Notes under the pieces: model-generated
The model's database searches: none
The model's input: the letters and a program-made list of their open reading frames with translations, nothing else
Told to the model about the DNA's origin: nothing
Program-made: the position numbers and the translations under genes
Shown here: piece by piece, positions 14,201 through 22,970 of the stretch
Layout: the number at the start of each line of letters is the position of its first letter
Position numbering within the stretch: position 1 is the stretch's first letter
Origin: a virus
IMG/VR virus record: IMGVR_UViG_3300031718_000001
Coordinates: 64,001-128,000 of that record
Reading direction: 5' to 3' (one strand)
Length of the DNA stretch: 64,000 nucleotides

Positions 14201-14985
14201 ACCCGGCCAGCCCCGTGCCGGACCCGCCCGAGGCCCCGGCAACCGAGAGCACCGAGCAGGCGCTCCAGCCGCTGGCCCAGGATGACCCGTCGCGGCCGGG
14301 TGCCACGCCGGGCGCCAACGCCGGGGTCGCAGCCGAGCAGATGACTACGGCGATCACGCCGGGAGTCGAGATGCAGACTCCGCCGGCCACCAACCTGATC
14401 GACGTGACGGCACCGGTCACCGGCACCAACCCGAGCCAGGACGGCGGCGTGCCGATCCAGCAGCGGCGGATCGAGACCGATGTGAGGGTCGATCCTGATC
14501 CGCTGAAGGCTCACGGGCCTGGCATCGGCGGCCTGGGCGACAACGGCGCCGCCTTCCCCTGGATGCTGGAGGCCCAGCAGCCGCAGGGCCAGCAGCGCCA
14601 GGGGGTTCAGACCGGCCAGGGGATGCGCGCTGCTGCGCTCAATGGCGGCAGTCACCTCGCTCCGCCGGATGAGGCAGCCACCGCCAACCGGACGTTCGCC
14701 TCGATCCGGCTGGCCAGGCTGCGGATCGCCACCGGCTCGGTGCAGGGCGATGAGCTGATGGTCGCCGAGCGGATCGAGAAGGACGCCTCGCTGCCGACGG
14801 CGCTGATCGAGCACGAGATCGCGGTGCTGTCCCGGATGCCGCAGCAGCCGGCCTACCCGCAGCAGCGGCAGATGCAGCGCGCCGGGGCTGCCAGGCAGGC
14901 ACCGTCGCTCGCCTCGGTCGGCGCCTCGATGGGATACGCGCCAGCGGCCATGGACGACATGGACGGCGCGGACCTCTTCCTCTGA
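11245..14985 (+). CDS. Capsid maturation protease polyprotein (protease + insertion + glycosylase-like domain + scaffold-like C-terminus)
   Basis: KPVFINH, TSMG and FFENSLLVEEPADP motifs of prohead serine proteases; two genes upstream of MCP; acidic and Zn-ribbon C-terminal half. Confidence 0.7.
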   Translation: MRKYASLEVLESWRVPQQAGPAGLRKAAHRVAFDYTPRAGYLYVRSRMISSRTNDNHDTFPAGEIEKGYRTFLGKPVFINHHNANHRRARGVVVAVALHRDRNPDKSPDTWVEGLMEIDAQRFPKLAQAILAGKVNRTSMGVDVEWSRCSACGNKATSPAEYCHHLPALKGKKIRKTNPATGKVEERLIHEICAGLSFFENSLLVEEPADPSAYVLDAPDARGLRGMSGFDVTPRTASADRGDGLVTHSVPAANVPQGELPSSCASLPNRHLGKQFTLDNPNVCFGKRGERVPGARQAAPLGHHVGGVEGVGAQEPVQGVHARFPVAGVADHLARRNGTAHQSPSVPVSTDTRPLRVRQREARVSAVKESSRPRVAESRSSREVDRGEVPLDLRGRPYEASVQFGPADHGVNTTAYFLGRPDARGLDKTAAAKREGGDHPFFKEHPVSAANIVAAYHDTTDDEKSLGDRWYADAHHVAKGIAGGDAAKGAGLLSAYSPQTAWPVNMFNASRAAQGDPPGPGSGAMGTQQKSAMHILGGEHHSQVLKAPKTAAFAHLIEHGGDTAADEKNGTHKVVVDRHALSVAVGRRLGKEEGSKAPLGQTQHYEHVAQAYRDAASLLSDATGRKISPHQVQAATWLRQIRKNHEEDNSGKGGGGLGAGRGRVQMQNNSKTRWEQHHKQHHPGGIAEENMHYHGRRVLAYGETRVPPQVDTLRMEECPVCGEHDVWSGERCPVCGFIVPPSLFRDPDVTKAQQVRQELDQEGEVVTQPGAPGDPATQQIGSGEDADNQLMNPDQVAPDGTPGVQGEGGPVPAADTDGLPPLAQQGEPGDTGEEAQDEQAEEDEEADAEEEAEGQELENQGEEAQPGVQPDLMCSACGAAFATDMAAQPGTPCPACRQGSLQPAGGPPEGTEDPDAEDEEDEDEEMAGSKTGAALARAQSHRIAVLTAENEVLTEQLRFLASAAGVDRHLDAIRSQVLRRHADVLNPASPVPDPPEAPATESTEQALQPLAQDDPSRPGATPGANAGVAAEQMTTAITPGVEMQTPPATNLIDVTAPVTGTNPSQDGGVPIQQRRIETDVRVDPDPLKAHGPGIGGLGDNGAAFPWMLEAQQPQGQQRQGVQTGQGMRAAALNGGSHLAPPDEAATANRTFASIRLARLRIATGSVQGDELMVAERIEKDASLPTALIEHEIAVLSRMPQQPAYPQQRQMQRAGAARQAPSLASVGASMGYAPAAMDDMDGADLFL
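11878..12483. mobile_element. 606-bp in-frame HNH insertion with a recoded duplicate of its target
   Basis: SAYVLDAPDARGL at the left edge duplicates TAYFLGRPDARGL just past the right edge; atypical + strand codon usage inside. Confidence 0.75.
11926..12471 (-). CDS. HNH homing endonuclease, antisense inside the protease gene
   Basis: CNPWTG..SGYPRF..RAHRYGW..VCHACDWKPCMNPLH..GTNAFN plus C-terminal HTH (IGRRYGVSDQAIASIRAGRTW); ATG at 12471. Confidence 0.85.
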   Translation of the reverse strand: MVSRSELDGRFIRTAPEIERYFASIDFTAGPGFCNPWTGGFFDSGYPRFSLSDSKRSSVRAHRYGWRLVRGPIPPGQVVCHACDWKPCMNPLHWLLGTNAFNSADMVAKGRSLPGSRNPFATLTEADVRVIKRELLPQVAVGKGSTRRGQLTLGDIGRRYGVSDQAIASIRAGRTWSHVEP

Positions 14986-15082
14986 TGACCTACGCCGACG
15001 TGATGCCTTTCCCGCCTCCGGCCCCGGAAGGAATAGCAGGAGGCCGGCAGGCCCCGGTCCTTGAAGAGATGAGGAAGACGCC

Positions 15083-15685
15083 GTGATCCGCACGTACCTG
15101 TCGAACGACTACGTGAAGCGCACGATCCGGCCGCTGTTCGCGTGGACGCAGGCGACGCCAAAGCCATGCTTCCTGGACCCGGCCTGGACCCGTGCTATCC
15201 CGATCTGGCCCGGCTTCGGATTCGTCCGTACCGGAGGCGACCTGGTTGCGCCGGCTGGCGCTACCAGCTCCCAGATGGGCGGCAAGACGATGAACGCCGC
15301 CACGACCCAGACCCCGGTCTACGGGCTCGGGGCGCTGTACGTCGGCGGCGACGGGATCGACGAGCTGCTGTACGCCGGCATCAATGCCTTCGCAGTCTGG
15401 GTGCTAGGACCAGATGCGGAGTTCGAGATCCTGGCTCCCGCGTTCGACGCCACGCAGACCTGGACGGACCCCTCGGACGGCTCCGGCGCCGCCCTGGTGG
15501 GCATCTCCCTGGCCGGCAGCAACCAGGGCATGCTCATCCCCTGGGCCTCCACAGGCAACGTGAGCGCGCCGGTCGCCCGGCTGCTCAAGGTCAACTCCTC
15601 CACCAAGCTCACCATCGGGGGCCTGACTGCGTTCAGCGCTGCCGAACTCGCCCTGGCCACGTCGAGCGTCACCGGCCGGGACTAA
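15083..15685 (+). CDS. Probable capsid decoration/cement protein
   Basis: Between protease and MCP; 200 aa; late motif upstream. Confidence 0.6.
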   Translation: MIRTYLSNDYVKRTIRPLFAWTQATPKPCFLDPAWTRAIPIWPGFGFVRTGGDLVAPAGATSSQMGGKTMNAATTQTPVYGLGALYVGGDGIDELLYAGINAFAVWVLGPDAEFEILAPAFDATQTWTDPSDGSGAALVGISLAGSNQGMLIPWASTGNVSAPVARLLKVNSSTKLTIGGLTAFSAAELALATSSVTGRD

Positions 15686-15722
15686 GACCCCACCACGCGG
15701 GAACGCAGGAAAGGACCCCCAG

Positions 15723-16751
15723 ATGACAGAGCTGGCCACTGTTTCGGCTGGCGGGCAGCTAGCGCTGGCTCCGCAGGGCGGCGGCCTGCGACCGCGTGTT
15801 GCCTCCCGGAAGAGCGACGACTACGTAGCCCAGATCGAGGCACGCCGCGCCCGAACCGGCGGCCAGAGCCTGACTCGCGAGGCCAAGGTCCGCAAGATGG
15901 CCTTGATCTTGTCGGACGAGATGCACGGCTTCCGCAGGCTGGGAGTCGGCATGGTCGGCCCCATCCAGCTCAAGCTGCGCTACCAGGGCATCGTGCGCAA
16001 TGTCCTGGTCGAGGACCCGGTGACCCCGGGTACCCCGGTCGAGTACGACGTGTGGGATGACCTCGGCCAGGCCTACATCCTGTCCGGAACCGAGGGCGAA
16101 GTCCGGGTCACCCCGTTCGAGGGTAAGCGAATCCCTGTCCGGTTCTTCCGCATCGCCTCGCGCCCGGCCCTCCGCAAGGAGGACCTGTTCTACCTGCGGA
16201 TCAACGCGGTCGAGCAGGCTCAGGACGAGACCAAGCAGGCGATCCTCAAGCAGGAGGACGCCCGGCTGCTCGTCCTGCTCCAAGCCGCGATCACGGACTA
16301 CGCCACCCGGCCCGACCATGTGGTCACCCCGAACCACAACATCACCGAGGCCAGCGGCTACCTGACCCCGGGCTCGATGTACTCGGCCGTGGCCATGACC
16401 GACCTGCACGAGCTGCCCAGCGCGCGGATCCTGATCAACCCGTTTGACTACCGGGACATGTTCCGCTGGGATATCAACCAGACCGGCTGGGCTTTCAAGG
16501 ACAGGGTGGTCGCCGGCGAGACGATCACCAGCTTCGGCGAGTTCCAGATTCAGCGTTCGATCATCGTGCCCCAGGCCAAGATCTTCCTGGCCCCAGAGCC
16601 GAATTTCCTCGGTGTCTTCCCGATTCTTTACTCGCTCGATGTCGAGGAGAATCACAACGTCGAGGCATTCTGGAAGGGATGGGTGTTTGATGAGATGGTT
16701 GCCATGAGCATCCTGAACCCCCGCGGGCTCGCCAGCATCACCAAGTCGTAA
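15723..16751 (+). CDS. Major capsid protein (Bxz1-like)
   Basis: GPIQLKLRYQGIVRNVL..VTPFEGKRI..KEDLFYLR..QED recalled as close to Bxz1-type MCP; size and synteny fit. Confidence 0.85.
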   Translation: MTELATVSAGGQLALAPQGGGLRPRVASRKSDDYVAQIEARRARTGGQSLTREAKVRKMALILSDEMHGFRRLGVGMVGPIQLKLRYQGIVRNVLVEDPVTPGTPVEYDVWDDLGQAYILSGTEGEVRVTPFEGKRIPVRFFRIASRPALRKEDLFYLRINAVEQAQDETKQAILKQEDARLLVLLQAAITDYATRPDHVVTPNHNITEASGYLTPGSMYSAVAMTDLHELPSARILINPFDYRDMFRWDINQTGWAFKDRVVAGETITSFGEFQIQRSIIVPQAKIFLAPEPNFLGVFPILYSLDVEENHNVEAFWKGWVFDEMVAMSILNPRGLASITKS

Positions 16752-16762
16752 CAGGAGCAGTC

Positions 16763-17140
16763 ATGAACGACAAGCACAGCGGGCACCGTCACGGGGAGGG
16801 CGGGGACCTGAGCGGGCTGCGCCAGGAGGCCGCCAAGGAGCTGGGGCAGGAAGAGGCCGAGCGCCGCGCCGATGAGTCGGCGCAGCGGGCCAAGGACGCT
16901 ACTGCCGCCCGCACGGCGTTCGAGGTCCAGCAGAAGGACCGGGCCAGGACCGAGGCCCAGCAGGACCTGGAGCGGCAGACTACCGACGAGAACGACCGGG
17001 AGCGCTACGCCGAACTCCAGCGGATCGAGGCCGAGGCCATCGAGCAGGCTGACGAGGACGCTCGGGCGGCCGGGCGCAAGACATCGACCGAGGCCGAGGC
17101 CGAGGCCGAAGAGCCTGACCAGGAGACGCCCGAGGACTAG
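16763..17140 (+). CDS. Charged coiled-coil hypothetical protein
   Basis: AGGAG RBS; E/A/R-rich. Confidence 0.55.
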   Translation: MNDKHSGHRHGEGGDLSGLRQEAAKELGQEEAERRADESAQRAKDATAARTAFEVQQKDRARTEAQQDLERQTTDENDRERYAELQRIEAEAIEQADEDARAAGRKTSTEAEAEAEEPDQETPED

Positions 17141-17299
17141 GCTCGCCTGGGACATCAACCACACCTGAATTCCCTTCCCGCAAGGGAGTGCCGCATAGCG
17201 GCCGCATCTCCTCGGTTCCTTAGCCGGTCCCGGGAGAACCAGGAGCCCCGTGCGGGGCTCCTGGCCATTTCCGGCTTGCTCCTGTTACCGTCCCTGGTC

Positions 17300-17764
17300 A
17301 TGGCAGAGAGAGAAGACCGGGCCAGCCGGACCATCCAGGCGGTAGCCGACAGCCAGCAGTCCGGGCGCCGGGGTGCCCTGGCCCGGCTCCAGGCCCTGGA
17401 GGCGGTGCTCAACGAGGAGTTCACCGGCCAGGCACTGAACGAGGTCCTGCGGGTAAACGTCCTCGCCGTCTGCGGGACCATGATCCAGCCGCCCGCCGGG
17501 TACCGGTGGCAGGTCGAGCAGTACGACAGCCGCCTCTACCCGTACCTGGAACGCCTCACCGGCCTGCCGGAGGGATACCGTTTCGCGGCCCGGGTCACGA
17601 TCGGCTTCGACGGGGGCAATCACCCGCTGCGCGCCGACCTGTGGGGGTGCACCAGGTGCTCGTCCATCATCTTCCCTGACGGCCGCGAGGGCCATGACCG
17701 GTTTCATGCCGGGATCGACGGCCTGCTCGACGGAGCCAACCAGGTAGCCGTTACCGGCTCATAA
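17300..17764 (+). CDS. Hypothetical protein
   Basis: GC3-biased ORF; CTRC..H..FH motif; start uncertain. Confidence 0.5.
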   Translation: MAEREDRASRTIQAVADSQQSGRRGALARLQALEAVLNEEFTGQALNEVLRVNVLAVCGTMIQPPAGYRWQVEQYDSRLYPYLERLTGLPEGYRFAARVTIGFDGGNHPLRADLWGCTRCSSIIFPDGREGHDRFHAGIDGLLDGANQVAVTGS

Positions 17765-17798
17765 CGGGCCATTCGGGCCTTCTGATACTTTTCTTGCT

Positions 17799-18218
17799 AT
17801 GCCGAACAACGGGATCCTCGACCTGCTCGACCATAAGGCGCTGGAGTACCTGTACGGGCTCGACGATGACGTGGTGTCCTGCCTGGGCGATCACCACGAC
17901 TGGGAGAAGCTCAACCCGCGGAAGGGCATACCCGCCGTCGCCAACCACGACGGCAGCTACCAGCTCATCTCCACCTGCGGTGACTGCGGCCGGATCCGGT
18001 TCAAGACCACCCTGGTCGGCGGGGCATGGGATATGACCGCGAAGTGGGAGTACCGCGACGGCCCGAGGCCGCCAAAGGGCCTGGGCCTGACCAGGACCGC
18101 CTACGCCGCCGAGAACGGGCGGCGGATCAGCGAGGCACTCCGGGCTCAGGCGAGGGCGAAGAAGGCCGCCAGGCGTCGTCCCCCGAAAGGAAAAGCCCTG
18201 GCTGATAGCCAGAGCTAG
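17799..18218 (+). CDS. Hypothetical Zn-binding protein, probably leaderless
   Basis: CLGDHH..CGDCG; ATG 7 nt after TACTTT. Confidence 0.55.
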   Translation: MPNNGILDLLDHKALEYLYGLDDDVVSCLGDHHDWEKLNPRKGIPAVANHDGSYQLISTCGDCGRIRFKTTLVGGAWDMTAKWEYRDGPRPPKGLGLTRTAYAAENGRRISEALRAQARAKKAARRRPPKGKALADSQS

Positions 18219-18344
18219 TTCCTGTCTCCGGGAGACGTGCCCGGCCGGAGGGCTGTCTCGGTAGACCGGGCACCCTCATAATGACAGACTGTCGATCAGA
18301 TGTGAACTGATCGTAGGCGATTACCCGATGGTAAGTTTATTGCT

Positions 18345-18518
18345 ATGCCACTATCGCCGCAGCAGGCAGCGGACCTCTACCGCTCCGGGCGCTCAGCCTG
18401 CGTCATCGCCGCCGAGCACAAGCTCACCCGCTCAGGCACCGAGGACAAGATCCGCCGCGGGGGCCTGCGCGGGCTTGTCTGGTGCGCTCTTCACCGCACA
18501 TACGAAGAGCTGCATTGA
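18345..18518 (+). CDS. Small HTH-like protein (57 aa, not in ORF track)
   Basis: MPLSPQQAADLYRSGRSACVIAAEHKLTRSGTEDKIRRGG; ATG 7 nt after TAAGTT; overlaps next start. Confidence 0.5.
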   Translation: MPLSPQQAADLYRSGRSACVIAAEHKLTRSGTEDKIRRGGLRGLVWCALHRTYEELH

Positions 18519-18679
18519 GCGAGATCGACTGGCAGTCGATGTTCGCCAAGTACGCCGATATCGTCGAGGACGCCGAGGGCGTCACCTTCCTCCAGCAGGA
18601 CCCCATCCGGCCGGACTCGCCAGGTTGGTCGCCCGGAGAGTGGGCGGCAATCAGCGCGCTGTACCCGCCTAGTGAATAG
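18515..18679 (+). CDS. Small hypothetical protein
   Basis: TTGA overlap with upstream stop; GC3 bias. Confidence 0.4.
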   Translation: MSEIDWQSMFAKYADIVEDAEGVTFLQQDPIRPDSPGWSPGEWAAISALYPPSE

Positions 18680-18914
18680 CCCGCAGCGCTGGGAATACAA
18701 GATCGAGCCGATCTTCAACCCGATCCGGGCCGAAGCCGTGCTGAACAGCTTCGCTGATCAGGGCTGGCGCCTGGCGGCCGTCTTGTGGCCCGGCCAGGAG
18801 CACCAGTTCGTTGACCCGGCGAACCACAGGTCCGTGGCAAAGGGGCCGTGGTTCATACTGGAGCGGGAATACAACGCAGAGGAGGAGGTGAGCCATGGAG
18901 ATCCTGGCGACTAA
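18672..18914 (+). CDS. DUF4177-like small protein
   Basis: RWEYKI..EAVLNSFADQGWRLAAV..FILERE. Confidence 0.6.
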   Translation: MNSPQRWEYKIEPIFNPIRAEAVLNSFADQGWRLAAVLWPGQEHQFVDPANHRSVAKGPWFILEREYNAEEEVSHGDPGD

Positions 18915-19128
18915 GGACCTGGAGCGGCGGCTGAACCGGCTGTCTATTTCTGACCGGTTCCGGCTGCTGAACTGGCTTGCCCGCCGGCATCCGGAGATCG
19001 TGAAGACCGGCCTGGCCAGCCTCGGGACCAGGGAGGACGTGCACATCCTCGCCTGGCACATCAACGACCCGGCCGAGACCACGGAAGGTTCAGCAGGAGA
19101 ACCTGATCCTCCTGCTGCCATGGGATAG
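18895..19128 (+). CDS. Hypothetical protein
   Basis: GGAGGTG RBS. Confidence 0.55.
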   Translation: MEILATKDLERRLNRLSISDRFRLLNWLARRHPEIVKTGLASLGTREDVHILAWHINDPAETTEGSAGEPDPPAAMG

Positions 19129-19159
19129 AGAGCCCGTCCGGAATGGACGGGCTCTCTTC
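19127..19159 (+). terminator. Hairpin terminator
   Basis: AGAGAGCCCGTCC / GGACGGGCTCTCT right after a stop codon. Confidence 0.65.
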
Positions 19160-19244
19160 GTATACCGACATTACTGTCTGGTAGCCGGACAAAAGTGACA
19201 AGCGAGTCAGGCGGAAACCAACCCGGCACAGTAAGGTTGCCCGG

Positions 19245-19472
19245 GTGGATCAGGCAATGGAGATCATCCAGGATGAGCCGCTGATGGCGAAGCTTGCCGC
19301 GGTGCTCAGGGAAGTGTCCGATCAGGTCCGCACCGAGACCGGGTACGTCCCGGCCTTCATCAAGGTGGGGGTCCAGATGCCGGATGACAGCGTATTCGAG
19401 GCTAGGGTCGAGATCTGTCCCGACGGCTGCGGCCAGGTAATGGTGACGCCAGCAGTCCTCGGACGATTATGA
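19245..19472 (+). CDS. Hypothetical protein
   Basis: Plausible composition and codon bias. Confidence 0.45.
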   Translation: MDQAMEIIQDEPLMAKLAAVLREVSDQVRTETGYVPAFIKVGVQMPDDSVFEARVEICPDGCGQVMVTPAVLGRL

Positions 19473-19479
19473 TCTCTGC

Positions 19480-19746
19480 GTGACTCAGGAAACAGCAGAG
19501 AAAAGCCCAGCCGACATAATAATCGACGCGCTCCGTCTCACCCGGGAGCGCGTGGTAGCCGATACGCTCACGGCCAAGCAGCAGAGCCGCGGCGCCCTCG
19601 ACGATGCCATCCGGCACATGCTCGTCTACAAGGACACCGGACGGGCCGGTCCTGATCCGTCGGTGCTGGCCGAGCTGCTCGGCGATCCCGATGACAGCGA
19701 GATCCGCCACGCCCTGGGAGAGTACGCCGCCGCAGTCGAGAGTTAA
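19480..19746 (+). CDS. Hypothetical protein
   Basis: Plausible composition and codon bias. Confidence 0.45.
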   Translation: MTQETAEKSPADIIIDALRLTRERVVADTLTAKQQSRGALDDAIRHMLVYKDTGRAGPDPSVLAELLGDPDDSEIRHALGEYAAAVES

Positions 19747-19748
19747 AC

Positions 19749-20079
19749 CCGCAGGAGTACCTTCCTCCCGGCCGCAAGCGCGGGGGCTGACTCCGGCGCT
19801 GGCGCGGGGTGCCACCGGCACTGCCGACTGGCCGGCCGCTAGATCGGGTGCTACTGCCCGGGGCACCCCGCTGCAAGCGTGCTACCCGCCTGGCCGCAGA
19901 ATGCAACCGCCCCGGCCCGTGAGCCGAGGCGGTTGGGATGGTGGACGGGGTTCGGGGATACCCGCACGCTCCGGCCCAAGTTCCCGTATCAGAGGTTGCG
20001 GAGCGACCGTGCGATGGCGCTACCCGTGGCCAGCCCCAGGGCGGCCCCTGGTTGTTGCCTGTGCTTGGCCCTCCTGCGG
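19749..20079. ncRNA. Candidate ~330-nt structured RNA
   Basis: Closing helix CCGCAGGAG/CTCCTGCGG with several internal helices; no credible ORF. Confidence 0.3.
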
Positions 20080-20264
20080 TGGGCCACAGTTAGCCGCCCG
20101 ACCGGTCGAGAATCCTGCACAGCCGCTGATCTCGCACGTGCCTTAGAGTCCCCGAGGGCGAGGTCTCTTCAGCCACCACCACAGCAGGTGCCCCTGCTGC
20201 TTGCTCAGAAACGTAGCGTGCGCTCCCGGGCTGGCGCAACTTCATTCCCGGTAGGCTGCCCGTC

Positions 20265-20873
20265 ATGACCACAGACCAGGCGGCCAGCCCGGCCCCCACC
20301 GCATACCCCCAGGCTCACTGGAAGATCGAGCGCGGCGATGGCGACCAGCTCTACCTGAGTATCTCGGTCAGCCCGGTCTACGCAGGCATCACTGATGAGC
20401 CGGCCAGCCCGTCCGTCGGCGAGATCTGGATCAGCTCGCGCGGCCGGATGGTCTGGAACGGCGAGGCGTGGTTCCTGGCCGAGGCTCCTCCGCTGCGCCT
20501 GCCGATGCAGGAAGAGGAGCTGTACGCCCTGGTGCACGGTGCCGACCGGGTGCAGGCCTGGGCGGCGGCAACGGCCGAGGGCACGTTCACCCAGACGCTG
20601 GCCACGGCCGAGCAGGTGCGCACCCACCTCGAAGTCCGCGGCTATGTCGTTATCTCGCGTGACCTGGAGACGCACACCAAGATGGTCAGGGACACGCCCT
20701 GGGCCAACTGGGTCGAGGAAGTCCCCGCCCCGCCCGGCAACAGCGGCATCGCCTGGTTCGTGGACGTGTTCGCGGCCGACGATCCGCAGTTCGGCCAGCT
20801 CTGCCTGGTTCACGGCGTGCAGCGCGTGCCCAGCTCCTACGCCGGCCCGGAGGACCCCGGTGGCGGAGCCTGA
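20265..20873 (+). CDS. Hypothetical protein
   Basis: GC3-biased 202-aa ORF. Confidence 0.55.
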   Translation: MTTDQAASPAPTAYPQAHWKIERGDGDQLYLSISVSPVYAGITDEPASPSVGEIWISSRGRMVWNGEAWFLAEAPPLRLPMQEEELYALVHGADRVQAWAAATAEGTFTQTLATAEQVRTHLEVRGYVVISRDLETHTKMVRDTPWANWVEEVPAPPGNSGIAWFVDVFAADDPQFGQLCLVHGVQRVPSSYAGPEDPGGGA

Positions 20874-21105
20874 GACCACCCGGTTCGCGTTCCGGCTGGA
20901 GAGCGCCGACTTCAGCGAGGTGCTCCGGATCGAGAACCCGCACCACATGGTCGGCCTGGAGATCCCGGTCAACTGGGGCAGCAGGACCGCCACCGGCCGG
21001 ATCGTCCAGGTGGACGGAGACGAGGACGGGATCACGGTCACGATGGAGATCGACCAGCCGCTCGACGTTCCCGGGCCGTGGCCGTACGGTTGCGGGATAG
21101 CGTAG
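20860..21105 (+). CDS. Hypothetical protein
   Basis: GGAGG RBS before GTG 20860; only the 3' part of track ORF 20395-21105 looks coding. Confidence 0.5.
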   Translation: MAEPETTRFAFRLESADFSEVLRIENPHHMVGLEIPVNWGSRTATGRIVQVDGDEDGITVTMEIDQPLDVPGPWPYGCGIA

Positions 21106-21111
21106 CTGCCC

Positions 21112-21558
21112 ATGGTGCCGCGTCCACCTGGCTCCCGGCCTGGCTGGCCCCAGGCGAGCCCGCTTCAGCGCCGGGGGATCAGCCGCACCTGGTACGCCCC
21201 CACTGTCCAGGACCTCATCCGGCTCCTGCGGTATCGAGCCCAGGCCGGGGAGATCTACGCGATCATCGGGGACAACGACCGGGCCGACATCATGGTGCGC
21301 TCCATGGACGCCAGGCCCGACCGGTGGCTCCGGGCCTATACCTACCCGAAGGTCGGGCTGCACGCCGTGGCCGAGTCCGGGCTTATCGCCATGGAGGAGG
21401 TGATGTCCGTTCCCGGCTTCGACCCGGACACCCTCCAGCAGACGGCGGCCGACCGCAACCGGTTCGGGCCGTCACCTGAGTTCTGGCGGATCACGGTGCC
21501 CGACGATGGCTTGCCGGTTGGCTATCCACGTAAGCGCCCGTACCGCGGCCAGCGTTAA
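21112..21558 (+). CDS. Hypothetical protein
   Basis: GC3-biased ORF. Confidence 0.5.
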   Translation: MVPRPPGSRPGWPQASPLQRRGISRTWYAPTVQDLIRLLRYRAQAGEIYAIIGDNDRADIMVRSMDARPDRWLRAYTYPKVGLHAVAESGLIAMEEVMSVPGFDPDTLQQTAADRNRFGPSPEFWRITVPDDGLPVGYPRKRPYRGQR

Positions 21559-21559
21559 G

Positions 21560-22200
21560 TTACTGGCCGGTAACAAGGCAGCCACAACAACAAGTGCACA
21601 ATAGAAGGTCAAAAACAATAATAGAAAAAGATTTTTTGGACTTTATGTATTTATGAGTTGTTGTAGTTGTGCTCTGGCGGGCCTATACGCGGCTGACCTG
21701 GGACAGTGCACTTGCACTCCGGCCCAGTGCACATGGAGTGCACATGGAGTGCAGAACTGAGGTGCCTAAAATCCTTTCTTACCAGCCAGCAGTGCAATAG
21801 TGCACATCCGGAGGCCGTTTTACGCGCACGCGATCAGTTGGCCCAAAGCTGTAATCAGATGAGCACGCTCTGTTCCTCCCTACGCGGGCGGTCCACAGCC
21901 GTGGATAACCAGTGGACAGCCGACGGCCCGCCCGGCCAGAATTTTTCTCGCGGATAACCCGGGTTTTATGTGCACTTGTGCACTATCGGCTGGTCAGATG
22001 CTATTATTCGAGCGACAGTTCTGCACTTGGATCTGCACTGTGCGCACTGGCGGGTCCAACATGTGCACTGGGCTCGGTGCCGGTATCCTTGGGCGGTCCC
22101 CGCCAATCCTTCCGTTCAGGTTGGTGCGCCTGCATGTTCGTTTGCAAGTTCGTTGGGGTTGCGGTTATTGCTACCGTTTGGTACGAATTGCCATCTATAG
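21560..22200. other. Putative replication origin
   Basis: AT-rich tract ~21575-21670; 8 GTGCAC palindromes; DnaA-box-like TTATCCACG (minus, 21900-21908); non-coding. Confidence 0.5.
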
Positions 22201-22230
22201 GGGGGCCGGCTCGGCTTGGAGGGTTCTTCG

Positions 22231-22617
22231 ATGCTGTATGACCCCGCTCGCGCTGCCCGCGTCTGCTACGCGGCGATCAGGCAGCTCCGGGAGGAGCAGG
22301 GGTTCGACAAGGGGCCGGTCTGGCGCCTGCTGGTCGTGGCCGAGCAGGACTGGCTGTGCGAGGCCTGCAACCTCGCCGCCAACGGCTGGATGTCGTACGA
22401 GATCTTCGCCGAGTGGCGCCGCGTCCGCGAGCTGGATGGCTGGCGCCTCGGGCAGGAGATCGACCACGCCAAGAAGACGCATCCTGAGCTGGTGGACTGG
22501 AAGACGCTGCCGGAGGACGTGCAGCAGCGGTACTTCCTGCTCCAGATGATGACCTCTGCGCTGCACCTGGTCGTTCCGCCCGCATTGACCGGTTCGTCAC
22601 CTGTCGCCGCAGTGTGA
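22231..22617 (+). CDS. RyR-domain protein
   Basis: EW...DGWRLG..DHAKKTHPELVDWKTLPE matches the RyR repeat consensus. Confidence 0.75.
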   Translation: MLYDPARAARVCYAAIRQLREEQGFDKGPVWRLLVVAEQDWLCEACNLAANGWMSYEIFAEWRRVRELDGWRLGQEIDHAKKTHPELVDWKTLPEDVQQRYFLLQMMTSALHLVVPPALTGSSPVAAV

Positions 22618-22748
22618 CGTTTTGGCCTACCTGGGCGCTGTGACGTTCTGGTAGGCCCGTATCCGGTACTAGCTGCTGTATCTTTTCTGGGCATACCGTT
22701 GCCCATTGGTGACAATTGTCCCAATGTCCCCAGGAAAGGTGCAGTTTA

Positions 22749-22970
22749 ATGCAAGTACCTCTTCCGACACTGCCCGCCGAGACTGAGCCGCTGCTCACTC
22801 CGGCGGAGGTGGCGGCGCTCTTCCGGGTTGACCCCAAGACCGTGACAAGGTGGGCGCGATCAGGGAAGGTCCCCTCGATCCGCACGGCTGGCGGCCACCG
22901 GAGATACCGGGAGAGCACGATCAGGGCGATGCTCAACGCGCCCGAGCCAGAGTCCGGCCAGGAAAGCTGA
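22749..22970 (+). CDS. bldC: BldC-family transcriptional regulator
   Basis: EPLLTPAEVAALFRVDPKTVTRWARSGK..SIRTAGGHRRYRE nearly matches actinobacterial BldC; GAAAGG RBS. Confidence 0.9.
   Translation: MQVPLPTLPAETEPLLTPAEVAALFRVDPKTVTRWARSGKVPSIRTAGGHRRYRESTIRAMLNAPEPESGQES

Noticed and set aside
21594-22068. CRISPR array
   Set aside because: Repeats are 6-11 bp with irregular spacing and no cas genes
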